A stretch of 64,000 nucleotides of DNA, taken from contig LRSL01000013.1 in NCBI GenBank assembly GCA_001563335.1, positions 1 to 64,000 on the forward strand, read 5' to 3'. The notes beneath the pieces are model-generated. The model was given only the letters and a program-made list of their open reading frames with translations. It was not told the origin of the DNA and did no database searches. This DNA comes from Candidatus Thorarchaeota archaeon SMTZ1-45. Its GTDB lineage: Archaea > Asgardarchaeota > Thorarchaeia > Thorarchaeales > Thorarchaeaceae. The position numbers were made by a program, and so were the translations under genes. Position 1 is the first letter of the stretch. Each line of letters starts with the position of its first letter. Shown here piece after piece: positions 37,696 to 45,956 of the stretch.

Positions 37696-38885
37696 TATGT
37701 TCCCTCCGGTATTGATAATGTTGTCCAATCTGGATAGTCTTCTGGTTTGATTGATTGTCGTTCCCTCATCCAATCCACCAGGTCATGTACAGTCTTGATC
37801 GCAGCAGGATGCATCATCATGAAAAGATCGTTACCTGCTAGCAATAAAGCTAGAGCAGTGACACTCTCCCAGATTGGACCTCGGAGTTCTCTTGGACCCA
37901 ACTCAGGATTATTCATCCAAGCCTCTCTAGCGGCCCATGCATTAGTTGTGCCTGAGCTGATGGGGAATCGTAGCTCCTCGTCTCCCAGCAGCCCTGCAAG
38001 TCGCATCCTTTGCATTATTGTAAAGGCATATTCTAGACCATATCCAAGAGCTGCAGTTGTAGGATCTATAACTATCTGCTCTGGAGTCAACCATTCGAAG
38101 AGTCTTCTATTGAGTTCCTTTTGTTGATTAATGTCAATCGAAGTCCATGACAAAACTACTTGATCATGTTTCTTGGCTGCTTCTGCAATTTCCTCGTAGA
38201 CATCTACTGTTGCAGAACATAGAAGCGTCCTCTCACCTTCACAGACTTCAGCCGCCTTTGCTAAAACTGGTCCGTCTTTTTCAGGGTCCCCTGCAGATCC
38301 AATCAAGATTGGTACTTTTACAGCTTGAAGAACCTCTTCAATTGTCTTGGCAGCATCTTTTGGTGAGGTGTCACCAAGCTGGCGATCAGTGCTAATAAGA
38401 TGGAGCGTGACCACATCTGCACCAAACTTGTCGACAACTAGTTTTGCCCACTCTGCTGGGTCGTCAAGAACCTCTTTGTAATGCATCTTGACCATCTTTG
38501 CTAGTGAGATAGGCATGTCAAAAACATCTGCAGCAATTATGGGTGGGTGTTTTGGAGGTGCTTGAAACAAGTCCCAAGCCGGAGCAGTATGTCCTCCAAT
38601 TGTTACAGTTTTGCTTCTTGTTCCACCTTGACCTTTCTTTGCTCCAAGAGTGATTTCTTGGATGACCTGCGTGTATTCACCCAATGGTGGTGTGAATGAA
38701 GCTGGGATTAATGACTTAGGCATTTCAAGTGCTGGACGAGCTGCAGCCTTTGCTATCTGTTGTACCATAGGTCGGAGAGCAAGTCTAAGCTCGTCAAGCT
38801 CTATAGTAACATTCTCAAGGACAAGTTCAGCAAAATCGCCGAACATATCATCCAGCGAAGTGGTCCTTTCCTTGTCTGTTGTCAT
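37695..38885 (-). CDS. cdhD: CODH/ACS complex delta subunit (small corrinoid Fe-S protein)
   Basis: DVFD; DPAEWAK; GDPEKD; DINQQKELN; DPTTAALGYGLEY; NAWAAREAW; MMMHP. Confidence 0.95.
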   Translation of the reverse strand: MTTDKERTTSLDDMFGDFAELVLENVTIELDELRLALRPMVQQIAKAAARPALEMPKSLIPASFTPPLGEYTQVIQEITLGAKKGQGGTRSKTVTIGGHTAPAWDLFQAPPKHPPIIAADVFDMPISLAKMVKMHYKEVLDDPAEWAKLVVDKFGADVVTLHLISTDRQLGDTSPKDAAKTIEEVLQAVKVPILIGSAGDPEKDGPVLAKAAEVCEGERTLLCSATVDVYEEIAEAAKKHDQVVLSWTSIDINQQKELNRRLFEWLTPEQIVIDPTTAALGYGLEYAFTIMQRMRLAGLLGDEELRFPISSGTTNAWAAREAWMNNPELGPRELRGPIWESVTALALLLAGNDLFMMMHPAAIKTVHDLVDWMRERQSIKPEDYPDWTTLSIPEGT

Positions 38886-40288
38886 TTCTTCTTGTCACCT
38901 TTTCCCGTTCTCCGGATAATTACTTTCTCAGCATAGATTTTGGCGTTCTTGAAGATAATTTCAAGTCCACCACCTACGCCTCCAACCATGGCTGTCATCT
39001 CTCCTGGAACTGCTATATAGTCAGTCCCGGCATCAGCCGCTAACACGGCTGCTTCAGCTTCTTCTTCCAACTCAACCCATCGGTTAACAACAGGATGACT
39101 CTTTTGTTTAAGAAATTCCTTAAGGTCCCCAATATTCATCGCATCATTCTCTGTGGCTATCCTATCCCTCACATCCTCAGGTATGAAGTCTACGATCCTC
39201 TCCATTACAGATTGAGGAACCCATACAATACGATTCCATCCATCATCAACCTGCAAGAACTTAGGAGATCGCATATATTCGATTGATATGCCATGGAATC
39301 CAGGAACCTGACGACCGCCAGCTGTTGAGTCCGCCATGCTTGAGAAAGGCAGTCCATTGACTGTATCACCCTTGAAGTCACGATGCACTATTCCTAGACC
39401 ATCCACTTCTGGAATCACGAAAGCAATGGCCTCAAAACAGCCACAACTAGTATGAGGTTTTTCAAAGGCACTATAGAGCGCAACCGAATTCACTTTCCCA
39501 AGTGACTTCTCAGTGTATGCTTGATTGACGCCAACATACTCTCCACGAAACTCGTCTATTGTTTCACCTTTCGGAATGGCATAGAGAGGTCCCTTTGGAT
39601 CAACTCGAGCTGCTGCTCTGCCATCAAACCAACTAATTGCTCCACAATTGGCATATCTCTGTGGTGTGATTGTACAGACATGTGTTGGAGCGAATGACTG
39701 ACAGAGTGAACATCCATAGAATGTATCGACTTCTGTATCACTGAGTCCTCGTGCACGTTCATCTCGCTGATTATATCGATTTATTGCATCATCATAGCGT
39801 TCAGCAACTACCTCTGGATCTGTGATGAATGTCACTTGAATTCTTTCAATGATGTTCATCTCACTCTTGAAAAGCCTCATCAAGACCTTTCCTAGAAAAT
39901 CAAATGAGTTGAATCCCTTCTCAAACGACTTCTTGCTGAGCCTTAACCAGATGTCATATCGCTGGTTAAGATGCATCATACCTTCTACGAAGTTGACATA
40001 TTCATGAATACGTCTCTCAATGACTCCTTCTAGATCTGGCTCAATCTCCTTACCAGCTACTTCGACAACTATTCCAAGAGGATGGTAACTTCCTTCCTCC
40101 ATGTCTTTCAAATCAGGACCTATTATGGTGACTTTTTCATCCTCGATATCGCCCATATCCCGAGCGATTGCAAGTTCGAATTTCTGTTCCATCTTCGGTC
40201 CACCGAGCTCGACAAACATATCTTTACCGCGAACTCGCTCACCTTCATATACCACACCAATATCTACAGGAATGTCTTCGAATGACAA
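38882..40288 (-). CDS. cdhC: CODH/ACS complex beta subunit (acetyl-CoA synthase)
   Basis: YEGERVR; ERRIH; FYGCSLCQSFAP; HTSCGCFE; GGRQVPGF. Confidence 0.96.
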   Translation of the reverse strand: MSFEDIPVDIGVVYEGERVRGKDMFVELGGPKMEQKFELAIARDMGDIEDEKVTIIGPDLKDMEEGSYHPLGIVVEVAGKEIEPDLEGVIERRIHEYVNFVEGMMHLNQRYDIWLRLSKKSFEKGFNSFDFLGKVLMRLFKSEMNIIERIQVTFITDPEVVAERYDDAINRYNQRDERARGLSDTEVDTFYGCSLCQSFAPTHVCTITPQRYANCGAISWFDGRAAARVDPKGPLYAIPKGETIDEFRGEYVGVNQAYTEKSLGKVNSVALYSAFEKPHTSCGCFEAIAFVIPEVDGLGIVHRDFKGDTVNGLPFSSMADSTAGGRQVPGFHGISIEYMRSPKFLQVDDGWNRIVWVPQSVMERIVDFIPEDVRDRIATENDAMNIGDLKEFLKQKSHPVVNRWVELEEEAEAAVLAADAGTDYIAVPGEMTAMVGGVGGGLEIIFKNAKIYAEKVIIRRTGKGDKKK

Positions 40289-40289
40289 A

Positions 40290-40838
40290 TTACTTACCTC
40301 CTCCTACGAGTTTAAGAATCTCGTCGAGAACAGCATGATACTGCTTCTCCTTCATATTCGGGAAGGACCATTTTGCATGAGGCTGATAATGTCGTCCTAA
40401 TGCTATTGCAGTTAGATGAGTCCCAAAGTTCATCACAGAAGAGAGTAGGGTCCACTGCATATAATATGGGAGTCCATAGATGATTACCATATCGTATGGT
40501 CCTGTCCCAGATGGTCCTACCCAATCGGGGTCTTGTAACCGGAGTGCCAACTCCATTGCTCCCATTGATCTAGCATTCTCGAAGTCTTTCTCCAAGAACG
40601 CTTTGATTGCGCCACCAGTTGCAATGACAGGCATCTTCATTGCATTTGAAAGGGCAATTGCATAGTCAATCATATCACCCGTTCCATGCTTTTCTGTCAC
40701 AGCCTCAGAACCCACAATCAGAAGTGGTTTCTTGGCTTTTGAGAGGTCTCTCTTGAGGACTTCAGGTTTTGTAAGCGATTTAGCACTATCTGGCCCACAA
40801 ATCTCTCCTGTCTGCCAAGGTACAGGTCTCATCACCAT
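40290..40838 (-). CDS. cdhB: CODH/ACS complex epsilon subunit (start refined to 40838)
   Basis: PWQT...GP; AKKPLLIVG; L.DPDW.G..G.GPYD; YQPHAKWSFPN. Confidence 0.92.
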   Translation of the reverse strand: MVMRPVPWQTGEICGPDSAKSLTKPEVLKRDLSKAKKPLLIVGSEAVTEKHGTGDMIDYAIALSNAMKMPVIATGGAIKAFLEKDFENARSMGAMELALRLQDPDWVGPSGTGPYDMVIIYGLPYYMQWTLLSSVMNFGTHLTAIALGRHYQPHAKWSFPNMKEKQYHAVLDEILKLVGGGK

Positions 40839-43180
40839 TAGGTTCCACCTCCCATTATTTGCTCCTTTAGGAGTGTTGGGTCTATAATCCTCCGCTCTTT
40901 CCACTTGTTCTCCTTCATCTGAGCCAGTATCTTGTCTTTCAGAGTGATTGGAATATCCGTATCACGTCTGATGTATTTCCAGACATCATCAGGGAAGAAG
41001 CCATAGTATTTCTCATGAATATCGATATAATGGCTTAGTTTAATTGACCGTCCCTTTCCTGTATCGTTGGGTCGAAGAACAAGTTTCGCTGTCATTACAT
41101 TCGCTTCTGCAACTGTTTCTGCTGCATAGAACAAATGTTCTGGACCCGGCGCAGTCAACACTCGATCTCCAGTACGTGCATCATAGACTGTCCAAGCTCT
41201 TTCTTCTTCAGCTTTTCCAAGCAACATTCTTCGGTATTTCGAACCGTGTGGCCCCACAATCACAGGAACCCCGAGTCTCCAGAAACCTGAAGCAATCGAA
41301 GCCGCTTTCTGAGACATAGCTCCCCAAGAGATACCAACTGCACCCACACGATTGTGAATATAATCGGCTATCTCTGCGTAATTTCCACGAAGGTTTCTTT
41401 TAGCGAAGATTGCTGCAATTTTGATAGCAGCACCAGCGATATGTGGATTGGATACGCATGATCCGACGTTGAGTACGCCGCCTGCATCGAATTCACCACT
41501 ACGTCGCTCGTAGATTGATTGTCCGTTCTCATCTTTTACATGTCCAGCTGATATTGCTGCGCAACCTGATGTTACGATGATATAACGTCGTTTAGCAAAC
41601 TCTTCAGCCATGTCATGAACATCCTTACCTCCCTGGGGGTAATTTGCACAACCAACATGCGCAATCACACCAGGTATCTCACCAAAGACGATTGGCTGAC
41701 CGACATTTCTGATTTCAGTGTCTTGGATAGCTCCTCGACCAGTCCGCACCATGTGTGTTTCATCTTTGCAATCTTGCTGAGCTGCAACAACCATCCAACT
41801 GTGTAAATCGTAGTCATTTGGACACGCAGACTCACAACGTGCACATCCAATGCAGTTCTGATAGACCTCCCGGAGTGGTTCAAAATTGCCTAACTGAGCT
41901 GCAAGTACAGCTTCCATTACAGGTTGATCATTTGGACATGCCCTAATGCACTCACTGCATTTTTTACAATTTTCAGCCATCTTCTGAATCTGTTTCTTTG
42001 ATGGGAAAAACTTCATTTTCCTTCTCTTTGGCATGACCGCAAGAGCGACCCTTGTGGCAACTTCACCAACCTTATGATGATCATGGATAAAGGCACCATC
42101 TATTTTGCCTGAAACAAGCTCCTCCACTATTGAGTCGACAGGGTCATCCGACCTCTCAGGTAATCCCATGACAGCTTTGTCACTAGTTGAGATGACAGGT
42201 GCTTTGACTTTCTTCGCCTCATTAACAACATTGGTCTGAACACACTGTTCGTCAACTACAACGACATCTGCCATCCCACTTCGAATATATCGAAGCTGCC
42301 ATGAGATAGGTCCAATTACCTTTGCATTTGGATCTCGTCGTGTGATATCCCATGCAGTGCAACACATTCCTCCAACCTCAACCTTGCTACCAATTTTCTT
42401 TTCGGTAATATAATCGGTTATCGAAGCGGCTGGTACTATATTGTGACCAATAGTCAATATGATGGCTTTACTAGTGTCCATCATGCCTATTCCTGACTCA
42501 ACAAGTGGTGCGTCAGGATCAGCTTTTGGAAAACCGAGAGTCGAAATTTGGACAAGGTCTGCAATCTCCATACTGACTTGGTCCACCATTCCAACATGGA
42601 GCACTTTGCTTTCAAAATCCAACCAACTCCCCTCTTGACCAGTATGTGTAGCTGAAAGGGTATGTGCCAATTGAGTTTCGCAATAATCAAGTATAATGCT
42701 CGCATCCTCAAGTTTTCTTGGTCTCATGCCTGTGACTAATCGAGAAACAGGTGCATGTATCTCAATTCCCGCTCCCTGAATGAGATCCGTACGAGGTCCA
42801 TACTCCTCAATCAGATGGTCGACCAGATGCCGAGCATGTGCAAGATGAGCTGAGCAACCTATATTGGCTGCTGCTAGCACAATCCTTGCTTGTTGACCCT
42901 TGATATCAATCCCACAAGCTCCTCTCTTGTCACCAGATAAATCACACTTCCCAAAAGTACAGAGACAACAAACCTGACAATAAGGCATGTATGAAGGGTG
43001 ATAACGAGATAGTAGCTTGTGATCCCATGCGCGGAGGTCAGTTGGATTTGGCATTGGTGTTGGACCCATAGGTTCATCCCATTCATCATCGACTATAGTG
43101 CCAATGCGAACTTCAAGTCCCTTGAACCTGCCAAGTCCAGTTTCTGCTTCGTCCGCTTTGAAGTAAGCTTTCTTCTTCAT
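40838..43180 (-). CDS. cdhA: CODH/ACS complex alpha subunit (CO dehydrogenase); start refined to MKKKAY at 43180
   Basis: GPTPMP; CCLCTFGKCDL; GACGI; GHN; GMCCT; DEQC; two CxxCxxCxxxCP ferredoxin motifs; GCAN; SGCA; GSCVSN; SQKA. Confidence 0.96.
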   Translation of the reverse strand: MKKKAYFKADEAETGLGRFKGLEVRIGTIVDDEWDEPMGPTPMPNPTDLRAWDHKLLSRYHPSYMPYCQVCCLCTFGKCDLSGDKRGACGIDIKGQQARIVLAAANIGCSAHLAHARHLVDHLIEEYGPRTDLIQGAGIEIHAPVSRLVTGMRPRKLEDASIILDYCETQLAHTLSATHTGQEGSWLDFESKVLHVGMVDQVSMEIADLVQISTLGFPKADPDAPLVESGIGMMDTSKAIILTIGHNIVPAASITDYITEKKIGSKVEVGGMCCTAWDITRRDPNAKVIGPISWQLRYIRSGMADVVVVDEQCVQTNVVNEAKKVKAPVISTSDKAVMGLPERSDDPVDSIVEELVSGKIDGAFIHDHHKVGEVATRVALAVMPKRRKMKFFPSKKQIQKMAENCKKCSECIRACPNDQPVMEAVLAAQLGNFEPLREVYQNCIGCARCESACPNDYDLHSWMVVAAQQDCKDETHMVRTGRGAIQDTEIRNVGQPIVFGEIPGVIAHVGCANYPQGGKDVHDMAEEFAKRRYIIVTSGCAAISAGHVKDENGQSIYERRSGEFDAGGVLNVGSCVSNPHIAGAAIKIAAIFAKRNLRGNYAEIADYIHNRVGAVGISWGAMSQKAASIASGFWRLGVPVIVGPHGSKYRRMLLGKAEEERAWTVYDARTGDRVLTAPGPEHLFYAAETVAEANVMTAKLVLRPNDTGKGRSIKLSHYIDIHEKYYGFFPDDVWKYIRRDTDIPITLKDKILAQMKENKWKERRIIDPTLLKEQIMGGGT

Positions 43181-43243
43181 GCTTCGTTCAGTTCCTGTGC
43201 GTGGTAAATCGGCCAACACATAGCACCATAATAAGGTTGCGAA

Positions 43244-43273
43244 TCTCACACAAAGTTGTGAGAATGTGCACAT
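43244..43273. promoter_or_regulatory. Palindromic operator candidates upstream of cdhA
   Basis: tctcaca-caaagt-tgtgaga (43244-43263) abutting atgtgcacat (43264-43273). Confidence 0.5.
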
Positions 43274-43356
43274 AACTAAAAATTAACCCAGTTAAGTAGT
43301 TCATTTAGGAAAGGAAACAATATTCCCCCTAGACTTTCAATTCGTAAGTGAGATAG

Positions 43357-44154
43357 CTAATTTCTAGTTTCTTCAATTAGATTTGTTTTAATCTCACGAA
43401 TCGCTTTCATTCCTATAGAATCAGGATCTAGATCTATGGGTGCTACACCTTTTCGATCCGCCTGCCTTATTTTTTCATCAAGAGGAACCATTCCAATAAG
43501 TGGAATTCCCTCACTCTCAACCCATTTTCTAATCATCTCATCATCATCAGAGCTTGCGACCTTATTACCAACTGCAAAAACCCGTCCAACATCTATATCC
43601 TTAGCAAGGGTTTTAATTTTTCCAAGAACGTCAAGTGAACGTCGACCAGGTTCTGCTACCACCAGTAATGCATCCATCCCTCTAGTTGTTCCTCGACCAA
43701 GATTCTCGATACCTGCATCCATATCCATTACGAATGCTTCATCAGTCCCAAGAATAAGATGTCGCATGAGCGTCTTGAGAAGTGTTGCTGAAGGACACAT
43801 GCATCCTGAGCCTCCAATCTCAACAGTACCAGCAACCAAGAGACTCACATTGTCAGGACCCTCTATAGCAAATTTGTTGGCAAGGTCATCTACATGAGGA
43901 TTGAGTTTGAAGAAACCACTATATCCTTGAGCTCCGTCAATTTGGAGTCGTTCCTCGATAAGTGTTTTGTTTTCAGTGAGTGGAACAATCTTCTTTGCAA
44001 CCTCTGAAGGTATCCCTAGGGCGGACCAGAGTGTGTAACTTGGATCTGCGTCAACTGCAAGTATCTTGAGTCCATCTCTGCCAAGTAGTCTTGCTAGTGT
44101 TCCAGCGATGGTAGTTTTACCAACGCCTCCTTTTCCTGCGACAGCGATTTTCAT
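43357..44154 (-). CDS. cooC: Second CooC-type nickel-insertion ATPase
   Basis: MKIAVAGKGGVGKTT; DADP; GGSGCMCP; DMDAGIENLGRGT. Confidence 0.92.
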   Translation of the reverse strand: MKIAVAGKGGVGKTTIAGTLARLLGRDGLKILAVDADPSYTLWSALGIPSEVAKKIVPLTENKTLIEERLQIDGAQGYSGFFKLNPHVDDLANKFAIEGPDNVSLLVAGTVEIGGSGCMCPSATLLKTLMRHLILGTDEAFVMDMDAGIENLGRGTTRGMDALLVVAEPGRRSLDVLGKIKTLAKDIDVGRVFAVGNKVASSDDDEMIRKWVESEGIPLIGMVPLDEKIRQADRKGVAPIDLDPDSIGMKAIREIKTNLIEETRN

Positions 44155-44169
44155 TTTATAGTCTCCATT

Positions 44170-45366
44170 CTATGTTCTCTTCGTTCGTACAAGCTTGTGC
44201 AGTTTCATCAAAACTTCACTATGTTTCTCAGTGGCCACACTGGCTCTCCATTTTTTGAATTCTATCTCTTTCATATCCACTCTAATCATTGTTCCAGTGC
44301 CTGCAATGATAGCATCACTTGTGTGGACTGAAACAGTAGCCCTCTTGTCAGTCAATCCACCAGGTGGTCCTACATACAGAATTTGAGTCTTTGCAAGCGC
44401 CTTAGCTACAGAGCCTGGAAGATGTGCTAGAACATCATCACCTACCACTAGAGTAGTATCAAACTCTCCACTAGATATTCTATGCAACAACTCACCTACA
44501 ATTTCATGATCGTGAGTGGCTTTGATAACTCCCATAGTATTCGATTGAACAAACATTGGAAGCGCATATGCCTTTTTTCCAGTAGCTCGCAATGTTTCAA
44601 TAAGTTTGACCATTCCTGTGAGGTTAGTATCCTGATTTCCTGAATTTAACACTCCACTGCCATAGAAGATAATGATACAATCAGCTTTTTGGAGGTTTCT
44701 TACAAATCCTACCAACTCAATTCCAGGTATACCCAGAATCTTATCTTTGATTACTGATTTACCCTCAAGCTCAGAAATTACAGTATTTAGAAGTTCAACA
44801 TCTGATCCAATTGGAATGATGAGTCTGTGGTTTGCCATCTTCATTGTTTCAGTTTGTCGGACATCAACCACACCAATAGTTCGACTCTCTATTCCCTCAG
44901 GTATCTTCTCGCCACGCGGCAAGACAGCAAATCTGCTAGGATGCCGGTGTAGGCTCTCTGATGGGTCTGTTCCCCAGTAAATGATGAACTCACCATTGTT
45001 GCGAACATACTCGAGATCAATGTCAAGTCCTTCTGCATGAATAGTGTGTGACATTGCTTGCATGGGTCCCAAGTTTACGTTTGATCCAAAGTGTCCTTTG
45101 AGGGTCGCTGCAAGTTCAAGTCCCTCTCTAATTGCTTCATCAGTTGCATGAGTCCATCCAAAGAGAAGTAGGTTCGTTGTATTCATTAGAAGGTCTGCTG
45201 CTTTTTCTAGTTTCTTTTGAGTTGCTACTATTTTATGTGCTGTAACTGTTTCTAAATGCGTATGTCCCAATTTGCAGAGGCCAAGTGAATTTACACCTTT
45301 ACTAGAAATCTCAGCAGACACATCGTCACAGAGCAAAGAACAACCGTTGCACACGATATTTTCCAT
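44170..45366 (-). CDS. Formylmethanofuran dehydrogenase subunit B-like protein (FwdB/FhcB-like; Mo/W-ligand Cys apparently absent)
   Basis: CNGCSLLCDD...CKLG; VRNNGEFIIYWGTDP..LHRHPSRF; VDVRQTET; GTMIRVD. The expected CHGP motif reads NLGP. Confidence 0.78.
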   Translation of the reverse strand: MENIVCNGCSLLCDDVSAEISSKGVNSLGLCKLGHTHLETVTAHKIVATQKKLEKAADLLMNTTNLLLFGWTHATDEAIREGLELAATLKGHFGSNVNLGPMQAMSHTIHAEGLDIDLEYVRNNGEFIIYWGTDPSESLHRHPSRFAVLPRGEKIPEGIESRTIGVVDVRQTETMKMANHRLIIPIGSDVELLNTVISELEGKSVIKDKILGIPGIELVGFVRNLQKADCIIIFYGSGVLNSGNQDTNLTGMVKLIETLRATGKKAYALPMFVQSNTMGVIKATHDHEIVGELLHRISSGEFDTTLVVGDDVLAHLPGSVAKALAKTQILYVGPPGGLTDKRATVSVHTSDAIIAGTGTMIRVDMKEIEFKKWRASVATEKHSEVLMKLHKLVRTKRT

Positions 45367-45376
45367 TCAAAACCAC

Positions 45377-45835
45377 CTACCATATCTCAATAGCATCCGT
45401 GCAACAGTATTGCTCACAGACTCTGCAATTCAGTCTATCCGGTGGAAATCTCCGACATTTCTCTAGATTGATGATTTTCGATATGCCATTCTCAACCCTA
45501 AACACTGTGTCTGTACTCATGGCGGCTTTTCCCTCACTCGTAGGAGGTTCTGCTGCGACGTCCACCGGGCACACTACTACGCAATTGTTACATCCTGTGC
45601 ATTTACTCTCATCAAGTTTTATTCCGGTTGCTTCTGCAGAGAGCATCGGGGCAACTAGCTCTCTGATCCTTTCAAGGTTCTTTTCGAAACCAGATTCGAG
45701 GAGTGGCGGACAATCATCAGGGGAGATATCTCCTAGAGCAAGCTTTGTGGCAAATGCCATACACGTTTTTGGTTCACAGAGCCGGCAGTTCGTCTTTGGG
45801 AGCAAGTTATAGAGTTCCATTGGGTTGAGTTTCAC
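45377..45835 (-). CDS. FwdG-like ferredoxin with an N-terminal CdhE/RnfB-type Fe-S domain
   Basis: LPKTNCRLC..KTCMAFA...CP; CTGCNNCVVVCPV; CRVCEQYC. Confidence 0.8.
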   Translation of the reverse strand: MKLNPMELYNLLPKTNCRLCEPKTCMAFATKLALGDISPDDCPPLLESGFEKNLERIRELVAPMLSAEATGIKLDESKCTGCNNCVVVCPVDVAAEPPTSEGKAAMSTDTVFRVENGISKIINLEKCRRFPPDRLNCRVCEQYCCTDAIEIW

Positions 45836-45956
45836 TGTCTTATCTCCGTTATAGCTTATTTTGATATATCACAAGAATTATCCGGTATGACACAAGTCGT
45901 AACTAGTTGTCCTATACAGCTTTCCATATGGAACATTGAACAAATTGGTGTAGCTC

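Noticed and set aside
36280-43273. Long N-terminal extensions of cdhE, cdhB, cdhA and cooC in the ORF track (also nikR, nikM, DUF166, FwdD-like, alanine dehydrogenase, methyltransferase)
   Set aside because: They overlap neighbouring genes or promoters; downstream starts match family N-termini and ribosome-binding sites.
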